A stretch of 64,000 nt of DNA, taken from positions 48,645 to 112,644 of the forward strand of contig NIVC01001898.1 of the NCBI GenBank assembly GCA_002269645.1. The letters are read 5' to 3'. Below are positions 1 to 13,617 of this stretch, one piece after another (the stretch's first letter is position 1; the number at the start of each line of letters is the position of its first letter). Both the position numbers and the translations under genes were made by a program. The DNA is from Macrostomum lignano. Lineage: Eukaryota. A model generated the notes under the pieces. That model did not search any database, was not told the DNA's origin, and worked only from the letters and a program-made list of their open reading frames with translations.

Positions 1-761
1 GTAAGGTAAACAGAGCTACCATGCATGCACTCGAACACGATACGGTATTATTCGGCCTAGTTCTAAGTTAGAAAACGGCCGAGAAGATAAGATCGCTATT
101 AAGAATGTATAGTTAGGACTAAGAAGAGAATGCTTCGAAAATCAGATTATCAGTTATAGTTAGACTAAGTTACCCAGCTCTATATTTTAACATCATGAAC
201 GAAAAGGTTTATAAGTTATACGGTTAGTATCAATATGCATTTTGCCTCGGTTGCATTGCGAGGGCCGGCGCACACTCAGGCATTCACCTACAGTGCGTAC
301 TTGGGCGCCTGAGCCTGAGAGTGCCATGGAATTTTGCCTACCTGCCCTGCACCTCTGATGAGTCATCGCTGCGACCCAGTGCAGGGGGGGTAAAAAGAGG
401 TCATTATTTAGCTTGCAAGCGCGGGGCCTGTTTGACCTGCGTGTGAACTTTGCTTGAACTTTTCCACCAACTCTGCATGCAGAAATGAGGGGAGAGAGGG
501 AGAGAAAGCAGTGCTGGGTTCGTTCGTGCTTGCTTCTGCCGAACTGCCTCCACTCTCTACTGTACGTGTGGCCCTGTCTTGCATCACCCGGTGCACTCGT
601 GGGCTGGCTCTGGGTCGAAAGCTTGTCACCTACTGACAGAGCAAGTGCTTTTCACTCTTATAAACAATTTGTGCAACTAATGGTTTGACACAGGTGACAG
701 GGCTTGCTTGCTGGGAATGCAAGTACGAAAAATCGTATTGCTAATAGTTTATCATTTAATA

Positions 762-908
762 GAGTGCCAGTATGGGGCACAGATGCTCAGACATCAGGGA
801 GGTGCCAGTTGGGGCACAGATGCTCAGACATCAGGGAGGTGCCAGTTGGGGCACAGATGCTCAGACATCAGGGAGGTGCCAGTTGGGGCACAGATGCTCA
901 GACATCCA
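762..908. repeat. 37-bp minisatellite, about 4 copies
   Basis: Unit GGGGCACAGATGCTCAGACATCAGGGAGGTGCCAGTT recurs at 774, 811, 848 and 885. Confidence 0.9.
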
Positions 909-978
909 GGGGCCATAGACACTGCAGTAGATTAGCAATCCATCAATTAAAAGTACACAATGACACCCTATATTGCAG

Positions 979-1202
979 CCGACCAGTCTCAGCCGGACGC
1001 CCCGGCCCTGGCCGAGGTGCAGTCAGAGATCATGAAGCACATCTACCATCACCTCGGGGTCAAGGGCCTAGCGCAGCACTTCAAAGAAGCCGAAGCAATC
1101 CTGGAGGCTGTGTCGCAGACTGACAAAGCTCGCCTAGAGATCCTGTTCTGCAGTCACCTCAGCTCAACAGTTGACGAGTACATCAGAGTCCAGCTAGGCT
1201 AA
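979..1202 (+). CDS. Candidate terminal coding exon of an unidentified gene (upstream exons not located)
   Basis: Acceptor-like TATTGCAG at 971-978, then an open, codon-like frame (DQSQPDAPALAEVQSEIMKHIYHHLG...YIRVQLG*). No family recognised. Confidence 0.3.
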
Positions 1203-1849
1203 CGCACCCCGCTGACTGCATGCAAGTTCAATTGAACAAATTCATCGAGTGCACAAGACGTCGCGCAGAAAATGACAGATTGAAATTGAATTTCACTGGC
1301 TAATTTGATCAAATCCAAATGAACGTAAAACAGTAGTAATGTTATTTTGGTGTGTCTTGTGTGTTCATGTTTTTGTCCGTTCGTCTATGCGCACCCTGCT
1401 GTCTCCATTGGCACCTGCTTGTGCTTGAACCCCAGCAGCTGCCAGCTTTGAGAAGGCGCTGCATCGCTTTAGGATCAACGTTTTAATACAATAGTTGTAT
1501 AGTAGCCGCAGTAGTAGTATGTGTAGTTGTAGTAGTGTGTCTCCGGTATCCGCTCTTTGTTCCATTGCGCAAGCTCGTTATCGAGAGCTACTGAACCGGT
1601 ATACTCAGCGTTGTTACATTTGTAATATTGTTTTCCTGTGTCAGCATTGCTTGCTTGTCAATAATAAGCTGCTCTTCTCCTCCCTGAGCGTAAAATGCAG
1701 TTTATAAGCCATTCACTCTCCCATCTTTGTCATGAGCCCATTTTTGTGTGTTTCGTTTTGCCCTCGAAACTTGCTTATTTTTTAATGTTTTGAAAGTTCT
1801 CGGTACGAAATGTCTTTGTGACTTCATTTAGGTCCGCTGTGTAATCCCA

Positions 1850-2560
1850 CTCTCCTTCTCCCTCTTCCTCTCCCTCTCTGTCTCCCTCTCCCCTTTCTCT
1901 CTCCCTCTCCCTCTCCCTCTCCCTCTCTGTCTCTCTCTCCCCTTTCTCTCTCCCTCTCCCTCTCCCTCTCTCCCTCTCCCTCTCCCTCTCCCCTTCCTCC
2001 CTCCCTCTCCCTCTCCCACTCTCCCTCTCCTCTCCCTCTCTCCCTCTCCCTCTCCCTCTCCCTCTCCCTCTCCCTCTCCCTCTCCCCTTCCTCCCTCCCT
2101 CTCCCTCTCCCACTCTCCCTCTCCCTCTCTCTCTCCCTCTCTCCCTCTCCCTCTCCCTCTCTCCCTCTCTCTCTCTCCCTCTCCCTCTCCCTCTCTCCCT
2201 CTCCCTCTCCCTCTCCCTCTCCCCTTCCTCCCTCCCTCTCCCTCTCCCACTCTCCCTCTCCCTCTCTCTCTCCCTCTCTCCCTCTCCCTCTCCCTCTCTC
2301 CCTCCCTCTTCCTCTCTCCTCTCCCTGTCCCTCTCTCTCCCTCTCCCTCTCCTTCTCTCCCTCTCCCTCTCTCCCTCTCCTTCTCTCCCTCTCCCTCTCT
2401 CCCTCTTCCTCTTCCTCTCCCTCTCTGTCTCCCTCTCTTCCTCTTCCCTTCTTCTCTCCCTCTCCCTCTCCCTCTCCCTGTCCCTCTCTCCCTCTCCCTT
2501 TCCCTCTTCTTCTCCCTTTCCCTCACCTCTTCCCTCTTTTCTCTCTCTACCATTTCTTAC
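1850..2560. repeat. Polypyrimidine low-complexity tract (CTCC/CTCT)
   Basis: Almost pure C/T on the plus strand. Confidence 0.9.
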
Positions 2561-3324
2561 TCTCCTATCTCTCTTTCGCCCCTTTTCTATTCATCTTCCA
2601 CTCTCTCCTCGCGTTTGGTTTATTTTGATCCCTATACCTTCTCTCTGCCTCCTAATCCTCAGCTGAACAGTTTGATCCCGCAGCTTCATTTCAATCCATC
2701 AAATTCGCTTCCTCTTTACTTCCTCTTTCCGACAAGAGACAGCTCAAAATTCAATTATATTCTTCATCCTGTTAAGCGTCCTCTGCGTAGCTGCGTCATC
2801 GCGTCGATTGTCAGGCGTTGTTGTCAGTCGCACTGAACCTATAGAATGCACTGCCTACATACTGCAGTACACTCGCTGATCAATACTAGTTCTACCAGAG
2901 TATGAAAATCATCTTGACCGTTTTGTGATTATTTTTAATCTCTATCCAAAATTGTCTACTTATCTCAATTTTGTTGCACCTGGGCGAAATCGCTCACAAT
3001 TTTCCCTATTTGAGTTTGCCTTCGCCGGCTCTCTCTTCTCTGTCCAGGAAGCGTGAGTTTTGCAATTTATTTCCCGCACCGCTACATCAGAGAGCTTTGC
3101 AAACTACTCTCTCTCTCTGTCTCTCAAATCGTTGTTTGGAAATCGAAATTTCGTTTAAAATTCTGTATGCGTTTCTCCATGTCCAAAGCGAATTTTCCAT
3201 GCTGTTTGAGTGAGTGGAAATACACTATACCGTTATCCAGTTTGCTGGCTGCTTGGTGTCATCAGACTTTCCTCGATGTGCGTCAGTTGAAATTGCATGG
3301 TTTTTCTGTATTCGATTGCTGAAA

Positions 3325-3358
3325 GATAGATAGATAGATAGATAGATAGGTAGGTAGG

Positions 3359-3393
<35 letters not shown>

Positions 3394-3418
3394 GTAGATA
3401 GATAGATAGATAGATAGG

Positions 3419-3469
<51 letters not shown>

Positions 3470-3470
3470 G

Positions 3471-3517
<47 letters not shown>

Positions 3518-3518
3518 G

Positions 3519-3581
<63 letters not shown>
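3325..3581. repeat. (GATA)n microsatellite with GGTA variants
   Basis: Direct reading. Confidence 0.95.
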
Positions 3582-4014
3582 TCTTTTCGAACCAGATTTT
3601 AATCTAGCAGCTTTAAAATATTAAGCCGATTGAGCGCAATTAATTAAAACTAATATTATAATTTTAAACTCTACACTCGGATCTCTCGTGCGAGTATTGA
3701 ACCAGCAAACGCTCGTCCAAAAGCGCAAATTCGTCTGCAACTGGAGGTGGGTGACAGCCATGCCTTGGAAAAAAAGCTTTATGGAACAACTGCGTTTTGC
3801 TGGTGCATAGATCTCACCGTGAGCCCGGAGAACGCGGCTCAAGTGCTTTGCATGCATGCGTACACTAGTTTAAGAGTGCAAAATAGGATTGCCGGGCAGC
3901 CAGCTATCGTAAACACTTCTGCTGGGAGAGAAGGTGGGCGACCTGGCGTTGGAGGCCGGAAAATTAACAAGACTGGGAATGACGAAATTATTGCATTGCT
4001 CACTCTCATTGTTG

Positions 4015-5325
4015 ATAGATGCTCGGGTCTATCCACTGAGACTCGGGCTTATCCACTGAGACTCGGGCTTATCCACTGACACTCTGGTCTATCAACTGAC
4101 ACTCTGCTGGTCTATCAACTGACACTCTGGTCTATCCACTGACACTCTGGTCTATCAACTGACACTCTGGTCTATCAACTGACACTCTGGTCTATCAACT
4201 GGCAACTCGGCTCCTCTCTCGGTCCCGAACCGCTTGTCCCGATTCCTGGCTGTGTCATCGACTCGCGCATCAAAGCGTGGATCAGGACCCAGCACCGCTC
4301 GGCTTGGGCGAACTGCACTACCTGCAGGCAATCCAGAGGCGCTGTCCCTCAGCCCAGCTCTGGAAGCTCCTCTTGCGCCTCTCGCGCAGAGACATCCGGG
4401 CTGCCACCATGACCCTCTCAGGTCACGGCTGCTTCTCTAGGCACCAGTACCTGCAGGGCAACGCCACCAACAGTTTCTGCAACTCAGGTGACGAAACCGT
4501 TGAGCATTTCGTCAGCATCTGTCCCGCCTTAAGTGAGCCAGAGTCACTTACCTCGGGCCACACACATCTATTACTGAAGCGTGCAAACCCGAAAACTTTA
4601 ATCAGCTCATGCGCTACCTCCGGGCCACCCGCAGGGCTGAACTCTCCTTTCCAAGGAGCACTATAGCTGCTGGCGACACTGGGGGACCTCCCTGGGCGGC
4701 GCCAACCTTTCGTCCATAGCGACGCGTCGGCCGTTTAGGGATTAGCGGAATGGGCGTTCGCGTCTTCCCGCTGTGTCCCCTCCGGGACAGCCCTGCAGCT
4801 AAGTCAAGTAAGTCAAGACACTCGGGTCTATCCACTGACACTCTGGTCTATCCACTGACACTCGGGTCTATCCACTGACACTCTGGTCTATCCACTGACA
4901 CTCGGGTCTATCCACTGACACTCGGGTCTATCCACTGACACTCGGGTCTATCCACTGACACTCGGGTCTATCCACTGACACTCGGGTCTATCCACTGACA
5001 CTCGGGTCTATCCACTGACACTCTGGTCTAACCACTGACACTCTGGTCTATCCACTGACACTCTGGTCTATCCACTGACACTCTGGTCTATCCACTGACA
5101 CTCGGGTCTATCCACTGACAGTCGGGTCTATCCACTGACACTCGGGTCTATCCACTGACACTCGGGTCTATTCACTGACACTCTGGTCTATCCACTGACA
5201 CTCGGGTCTATCCACTGACAGTCGGGTCTAACCACTGAGACTCGGGTCTATCCACTGAGACTCGGGTCTATCCACTGACACTCTGGTCTATCAACTGACA
5301 CTCGGGGTAACCACTGACACTCGCA
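4015..5325. repeat. 20-bp minisatellite (CACTGACACTCGGGTCTATC) split by a LINE fragment
   Basis: Units at about 4015-4201 and 4818-5325 resume in register on either side of the insert. Confidence 0.9.
4202..4817 (+). mobile_element. 5'-truncated non-LTR retrotransposon (I/R1/LOA-like) 3' end
   Basis: ORF 4277-4666 contains TLSGHGCFSRHQY...FCNSGDETVEHFVSICPAL, a degenerate C-terminal CCHC-type knuckle as found in I/R1-group LINE ORF2. It is followed by a GC-rich 3' UTR and a TAAGTCAAG x2 tail. Confidence 0.72.
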
Positions 5326-5924
5326 GTCCTAATAGCACGAATCACACCCCACGGCAATAGCTCCTATAAACAGCAGCTGCCCCGTACCAAATGCGTACAT
5401 TGCATGCACAATATCATTCATTCCTTACCATGGGCCATTTTTGGGGCAGCTCAGCTTATGGCGTGATAGAATTGGATCGAAGGAAAAAATTGAGAAACCT
5501 TTCTCACCTGTCTACATGTCGGGTCCTTCATGGCAGGTGCAGCCAGTGAAAGCTTCGCATGCACCCCAGTTCGATCTTCAGCTGATACTTGTCAATCGCT
5601 ATTTGACTGCACGGAAATTCAAATTTTAATTTAGAGTTCGCACAACTACTTTGGAGCCCGGACCCGTGCATTAACTCCGTTAAATTCCTCCGCCATATTA
5701 TCGATACTCTCGAATGTGACAAGTTCGTGATGGCACTCTGTCACATGACATCCCATCGCCTCCTAACTTCCCTAGCAGCCTTATCCAGTCATTCTTTCTC
5801 ACTATTCACCGATGCCTCAGTGACATTCGAATTCGAATTCACTCTCACATCCGTTCGTCTCTTGTCTTTCACCTCCTCCAGTACCCTGTAGGCTCCATCT
5901 CTCAGCTTCCCACTCTCCCCCTCT

Positions 5925-6518
<594 letters not shown>

Positions 6519-7704
6519 CTTTCTCACCCCCTCTCTTACCCTCTTTTCTCCCTCTCCTTCCAGGTTCTAACCTTCCCTCTCCCACTGTCGATTTTTCACC
6601 TTCAAGTCCTCATTAACTTTCTTTTCTTATCACGCCTGTCTTTGTGAAGGAAAGTTTTAAGCATCCCAGATGTCATATATATACTCACTACTCAACAACA
6701 TTGATCAACCGCTACCCTGAAGTCAACTCTGCGGGGTCGGTGGTTTATCACACGTACCCCTGAGTGGTATATCTTTGTAATCTTCGAATTTACGAGTCTT
6801 CTCCTTCAGCAAGGACATGCAGAAGTTATTTCAGGCGTAAAAAGGCCTCATAAAAAAGACGAGTACAGTGCAAGTTTCAGCTATCATCAGGCCATTTTCT
6901 CTCACAAGCGCGCAATGAAAACGAGAGCCTTTGCACTTTAAAGCGTGTTGTCTGCCCGTGTTGCTAAAAATAGAACACTGCCGGGGAGGCAGGCGCACTT
7001 TAGCGTCGTCCCGGCCCCCCTCTCCCCTAGCTGAAGGGCAGGCCGTTCGTTAGTCGTTCGACTGCCTTGCGTGTACTTTTTTCAAATCCATGAAAATGAG
7101 TCCTTCCCAGTCATCAGCTAACTCAAACTCCTTTTCCTCCCAGTCCCTAGTGAGTCGTGACAATAGAGCCTCTCGCGGGAGCGCAAATCTCTACCTATAA
7201 AAATGAAATCCCATATAAACGAGTTTGTTTCCCAATTTTCCAGGGGGACCTAGTTGCACTTTTACATAATCGAATGAGGATCTGAGAGGGACTAAATTTA
7301 GGCTTGATTGGATGAAGGCAGGAGAGAGGATTAATCAATAATCTAGCAAGGAGCTATTCGAATTGGTCTGCAACTCTGCACCGTCGGGTTTTTATGCCGC
7401 GGTGTACTTTTAATTGCAGCCAGCAGGGCCTGGCAGTCAAAGGGGAAATATTGGCTCGAACGGAACTGATAAACTGCTGGTTTATCAGTCACTCCCGACC
7501 CGAGGATGTGTGTACCAAAACCGGGGCGCCACTTTTTTCGGTGCAGAAAAACTAGTTGTTGGAATGGGAACTTTATGGCTCGGATATTGGGGTGGAATTT
7601 ATAGATTAATTTTTGTTCCAAAATCCAAAGCTAGATTTAGAACGAAAAGGTAGCTATCTGACAATATTCACTGACAATTAGAACCCCCCCTAGAACTCAT
7701 TCTC

Positions 7705-8065
7705 AGTGTCTAGGACTCACTGACAATACTAGGACTCACTGACACAGGCCTCACGGACACAGGTCTCACGGACACAATGTCTAGAACTCACGGACACAAT
7801 GTCTAGGACTCACTGACAGTGTCTAGGACTTACTGACACAATGTTTAGGACTCACTGACACAATGTCTAGGACTCACTGACACAATGTCTAGGACTCACT
7901 GACACAATGTCTAGGACTCACTGACACAATGTCTAGGACTCACTGACACAATGTTTAGGACTCACTAACACAATGTCTAGGACTCACTGACACAATGTCT
8001 AGGACTCACTGACACAATGTCTAGGACTCACTGACACAATGTCTAGGACTTACTCACGGACACAT
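7705..8065. repeat. 22-bp minisatellite (GGACTCACTGACACAATGTCTA)
   Basis: Period 22 (7861 to 7883). Confidence 0.9.
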
Positions 8066-8721
8066 TATCTAAGAGTCCCTGACCCCTGATAAATAGTGCA
8101 TATAGAACTTCACTGACAATCCAACAGTACACATTCAAGGTGTAGGGGGTTCACCGACCAAATCAAATTAATTAGCTGGAAACTGGTTATCGCAAAATCA
8201 TTTGTGTTCTTAATTTTGTGTTTTGTTTTAGCACGTAAAAAATTGGTTCCGTTTTCACAATTGACAAATTCAAATTCATTGTTATTTTTGTTAATTTACA
8301 TTCAGTTCAGCCAAACTAGGAAGTTAAAGTAAGGGAATTGGGAAAGGAAATAAATCGAATCTGGCCACGCTATGCCTGCTTTCTATAGCATAAAAAGTAC
8401 AAATGGGAAAGGGGAACGAACGTGGAAAACTGAGAAATGTGAAAGCTAGATAGATAGGATAGCTAAAAAAGTGTACTGCAAGGCTGCAATCCCATATATG
8501 GCCTGCCGTAAAAGCAGCACAACTGCATGGCCCCTAAACAGTTATGGGCTACTTTTCACCTATTTTTATGGGAAATGGGATTCAAAAATAAAACTCTGTG
8601 CTTACTGTCATCAGAATTTTGCACTTTTCCACTTTATCAATCTATGCAGTACATTAGTCATGTTACGCGCCAATATCTATTAAAATATTTGAGTTGTGAT
8701 GTTCCTATGGGAGAAGTTATA

Positions 8722-8882
8722 GCTCTGTTGTGGATGTTGTTGTGGCTCTGTTGTGGATGTTGTTGTGGCTCTGTTGTGGATGTTGTTGTAGCTCTGTTGT
8801 GGATGTTGTTGGCTCTCTTGTGGATGTTGTTGTGGCACTGTTGTGGATGTTGTTGTTGTGGCACTGTTGTGGCGTTGTTGTC
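8722..8882. repeat. About 23-bp TG-rich repeat (GCTCTGTTGTGGATGTTGTTGTG)
   Basis: Direct reading, about 6-7 copies. Confidence 0.85.
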
Positions 8883-9589
8883 GATTCTGTGGATTACTTG
8901 GAATAGCCGGCCTAGCTACATGCATACGGGTATACGGGCTTCGTGCTGCCTCTTGCCCCTCTGAATTTGAGTATCAAAATTACATCCCATGTCGTACCAT
9001 ATAGCCGCTATACACTGCAGGTCATGCCACACGTTTTGCAACGCGTCGATCTTGCTAAAAGTGTACAATTCAATGTCAATTTTTATTTAGCCTACTACAG
9101 GTGCGGACAAGTATAACAAACTTCTGACGTATTTACTGCTAGATCTCACAGACCTATACTAGCTGCAGTCGAATCAGCTGCTATAGTTCTGTAAATTTCG
9201 ACAGTGATAAGCTGGCTCTGTGTGCGATCTCTGATTCTGTGAACTCGCGACTCTTAACAGTTTTTAAGTGCTCACTACTCATGCCGCTAAGGACTTATCG
9301 CTATAGTAGCCAGCCGATGCACTTTACAGGCCATAGCACGAATGACAGCGGTCCCTGAGAATTGCCCGCAGTGCTTAGTACAAGCGTGTCTTCCTAAATT
9401 ACGGGTCGTTTTACAAGACCCCCTTTCTTTCGGGGGTCGGCTGACCCCTTGACCCTCAGGGATCCACCACTGGTTGCGTGTCTAACTCGTACTCCCATTA
9501 ATTACTTGTATTTGCAGACCCCCGCCACTTAGAACATGTTGGATCCGCTTGTTTGTATCTGTGTAGACAGGTAACGACAGGAGTGAACA

Positions 9590-12500
9590 GACACGAGAGA
9601 GTGAGGAGTGAAAAGACACGAGAGAGTGAGGAGTGAAAAGACACGAGAGAGTGAGGAGTGAAAAGACACGAGAGAGTGAAGAGTGAAAAGACACGAAAGA
9701 GTGAGGAGTGAACACGAGAGAGGAGTGATGAGACACAAGAGAGGAGTGATGAGACACAAGAGAGGAGTGATGAGACACGAGAGAGGAGTGATGAGACACA
9801 AGAGAGGAGTGATGAGACACAAGAGAGGAGTGATGAGACACAAGAGAGGAGTGATGAGACACAAGAGAGGAGTGATGAGACACAAGAGAGGAGTGATGAG
9901 ACACAAGAGAGGAGTGATGAGACACAAGAGAGGAGTGATGAGACACAAGAGAGGAGTGATGAGACACAAGAGAGGAGTGATGAGACAAGGAGAGAAGTGA
10001 TCGGAGACACGAGAGAGGAGTGGTGAGACACAAGAGAGGAGTGATGAGACAAGGAGAGAAGTGATCGGAGACACGAGAGAGGAGTGGTGAGACACAAGAG
10101 AGGAGTGATGAGACACGAGAGAGGAGTGATGAGACACAAGAGAGGAGTGATGAGACACGAGAGAGAAGTGATGAGACACGAGAGAGAAGTAATGAGACAC
10201 GAGAGAGGTGTGATGAGACATGAGAGAGGAGTGATGAGACACGAGAGAGGAGTGATGAGACACGAGAGAGGAGTGATGAGACACGAGAGAGAAGTGATCG
10301 GAGACACGAGAAAGGAGTGATGAAACACGAGAGAGGAGTGATGAGACACAAGAGAGGAGTGATGAGACACGAGAGAGGAGTGATGAGACACAAGAGAGGA
10401 GTGATGAGACACGAGAGAGGAGTGATGAGACACGAGAGAGGAGTGATGAGACACGAGAGAGGAGTGATGAGACACGAGAGAGGAGTGATGAGACACAAGA
10501 GAGGAGTGATGAGACACGAGAGAGGAGTGATGAGACACGAGAGAGGAGTGATGAGACACGAGAGAGGAGTGATGAGACACAAGAGAGGAGTGATGAGACA
10601 CGAGAGAGAAGTGGTGAGACACAAGAGAGGAGTGATGAGACATAAGAGAGGAGTGATGAGACACAAGAGAGGAGTGATGAGACACGAGAGAGGAGTGGTG
10701 AGACACAAGAGAGGAGTGATGAGACACGAGAGAGGAGTGGTGAGACACAAGAGAGGAGTGATGAGACACGAGAGAGGAGTGATGAGACACAAGAGAGGAG
10801 TGATGAGACACGAGAGAGGAGTGATGAGACACGAGAGAGGAGTGATGAGACACGAGAGAGGAGTGATGAGACACGAGAGAGGAGTGATGAGACACAAGAG
10901 AGGAGTGATGAGACAAGGAGAGAAGTGATCGGAGACACGAGAGAGGAGTGGTGAGACACAAGAGAGGAGTGATGAGACAAGGAGAGAAGTGATCGGAGAC
11001 ACGAGAGAGGAGTGGTGAGACACAAGAGAGGAGTGATGAGACACAAGAGAGGAGTGATGAGACACAAGAGAGGAGTGATGAGACACGAGAGAGAAGTGGT
11101 GAGACACAAGAGAGGAGTGATGAGACACGAGAGAGGAGTGATGAGACACAAGAGAGGAGTGATGAGACACGAGAGAGAAGTGATGAGACACGAGAGAGAA
11201 GTGATGAGACACGAGAGAGGTGTGATGAGACATGAGAGAGAAGTGATGAGACACAAGAGAGGAGTGATGAGACACGAGAGAGGAGTGATGAGACACGAGA
11301 GAGGAGTGATGAGACATAAGAGAGGAGTGATGAGACACGAGAGAGGAGTGATGAGACACGAGAGAGAAGTAATGAGACATAAGAGAGGAGTGATGAGACA
11401 CGAGAGAGGAGTGGTGAAACGCGAGAGAGAAGTGATCGGAGACACGAGAGAGGAGTGGTGAAACAAGGAGAGAAGTGATCGGAGACACGAGAGAGGAGTG
11501 GTGAAACAAGGAGAGAAGTGATCGGAGACACGAGAGAGGAGTGACGAGACGAGAGAAAAGTGATGAGACACGACGGTGGGTGAGGACTCCTCAGTCTTAC
11601 GAAGGTCTGCTTGAGAGGAGGCAGAAGATGAGATGGAGAGTAGACAAGAGCGAGAATGGCATTAAAGCACAATGTGCTCAACACTACAGAGAAAATCGAG
11701 CAAAATTCACTGGTGGCCATGGACTCAGAGAGAACCTACTGCGAGCGAGAGCTGGAAAACAAGCTTAAAGTGCAAAAGAGAAGCAAGTAGAGCAAAAAAT
11801 AAATTAGATGGTTGCAATTGCACAGCAAATATGACAGTAGATACGAGTCGGAAAGCTTAAGGTGATGAGACAAGGTGATGAGATGAGACACAAGAGAGGA
11901 GTGATGAGACACGAGAGAGGAGTGATGAGACACGAGAGAGGAGTGATGAGACACGAGAGAGGAGTGATGAGACACGAGAGAGAAGTGATCGGAGACACGA
12001 GAAAGGAGTGATGAAACACGAGAGAGGAGTGATGAGACACAAGAGAGGAGTGATGAGACACGAGAGAGGAGTGATGAGACACGAGAGAGGAGTGATGAGA
12101 CACGAGAGAGGAGTGATGAGACACGAGAGAGGAGTGATGAGACACGAGAGAGGAGTGATGAGACACGAGAGAGGAGTGATGAGACACGAGAGAGGAGTGA
12201 TGAGACACAAGAGAGGAGTGATGAGACACGAGAGAGGAGTGATGAGACACAAGAGAGGAGTGATGAGACACGAGAGAGGAGTGATGAGACACGAGAGAGG
12301 AGTGATGAGACACGAGAGAGGAGTGATGAGACACAAGAGAGGAGTGATGAGACACGAGAGAGAAGTGGTGAGACACAAGAGAGGAGTGATGAGACATAAG
12401 AGAGGAGTGATGAGACACAAGAGAGGAGTGATGAGACACGAGAGAGGAGTGGTGAGACACAAGAGAGGAGTGATGAGACACGAGAGAGGAGTGGTGAGAC

Positions 12501-13326
12501 ACAAGAGAGGAGTGATGAGACACGAGAGAGGAGTGATGAGACACAAGAGAGGAGTGATGAGACACGAGAGAGGAGTGATGAGACACGAGAGAGGAGTGAT
12601 GAGACACGAGAGAGGAGTGATGAGACACGAGAGAGGAGTGATGAGACACAAGAGAGGAGTGATGAGACAAGGAGAGAAGTGATCGGAGACACGAGAGAGG
12701 AGTGGTGAGACACAAGAGAGGAGTGATGAGACAAGGAGAGAAGTGATCGGAGACACGAGAGAGGAGTGGTGAGACACAAGAGAGGAGTGATGAGACACAA
12801 GAGAGGAGTGATGAGACACAAGAGAGGAGTGATGAGACACGAGAGAGAAGTGGTGAGACACAAGAGAGGAGTGATGAGACACGAGAGAGGAGTGATGAGA
12901 CACAAGAGAGGAGTGATGAGACACGAGAGAGAAGTGATGAGACACGAGAGAGAAGTGATGAGACACGAGAGAGGTGTGATGAGACATGAGAGAGAAGTGA
13001 TGAGACACAAGAGAGGAGTGATGAGACACGAGAGAGGAGTGATGAGACACGAGAGAGGAGTGATGAGACATAAGAGAGGAGTGATGAGACACGAGAGAGG
13101 AGTGATGAGACACGAGAGAGAAGTAATGAGACATAAGAGAGGAGTGATGAGACACGAGAGAGGAGTGGTGAAACGCGAGAGAGAAGTGATCGGAGACACG
13201 AGAGAGGAGTGGTGAAACAAGGAGAGAAGTGATCGGAGACACGAGAGAGGAGTGGTGAAACAAGGAGAGAAGTGATCGGAGACACGAGAGAGGAGTGACG
13301 AGACGAGAGAAAAGTGATGAGACACG
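9590..13326. repeat. 21-bp minisatellite (GAGAGGAGTGATGAGACAC[A/G]A) in two blocks, 9590-11572 and 11862-13326
   Basis: Period 21 (7-aa HERGVMR repeat in the ORF track), stop-free on the minus strand. Confidence 0.95.
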
Positions 13327-13617
13327 ACGGTGGGTGAGGACTCCTCAGTCTTACGAAGGTCTGCTTGAGAGGAGGCAGAAGATGAGATGGAGAGTAGACA
13401 AGAGCGAGAATGGCATTAAAGCACAATGTGCTCAACACTACAGAGAAAATCGAGCAAAATTCACTGGTGGCCATGGACTCAGAGAGAACCTACTGCGAGC
13501 GAGAGCTGGAAAACAAGCTTAAAGTGCAAAAGAGAAGCAAGTAGAGCAAAAAATAAATTAGATGGTTGCAATTGCACAGCAAATATGACAGTAGATACGA
13601 GTCGGAAAGCTTAAGGT
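10110..13617. repeat. About 1.75-kb tandem segmental duplication (array part plus about 290 bp unique sequence)
   Basis: 11541-11860 is repeated at 13295-13614 (offset 1754) and variant-unit order is shared. The second copy has 3 extra 21-bp units. The left boundary is approximate. Confidence 0.85.

Noticed and set aside
345-410. Hammerhead ribozyme (CTGATGAGTC motif)
   Set aside because: The required GAAA core after stem II is absent and no convincing stems I/III were found.
1775-2553. Arg/Gly/Glu-rich ORFs
   Set aside because: They are translations of the polypyrimidine/polypurine low-complexity tract.
7414-7653. Possible plus-strand exon (79-aa ORF with acceptor-like start)
   Set aside because: No recognisable homology and no linkable neighbouring exons.
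9430-9479. hAT-like terminus (GGATCCACCACTG)
   Set aside because: No partner end or TSD was located, so there is too little evidence to annotate.
9482-13474. Very long ORFs of 470-740 aa (SHHSSLV and CLITPL repeats)
   Set aside because: All three minus frames are open because the 21-bp unit lacks stops; there are no domains. This is a repeat artefact.
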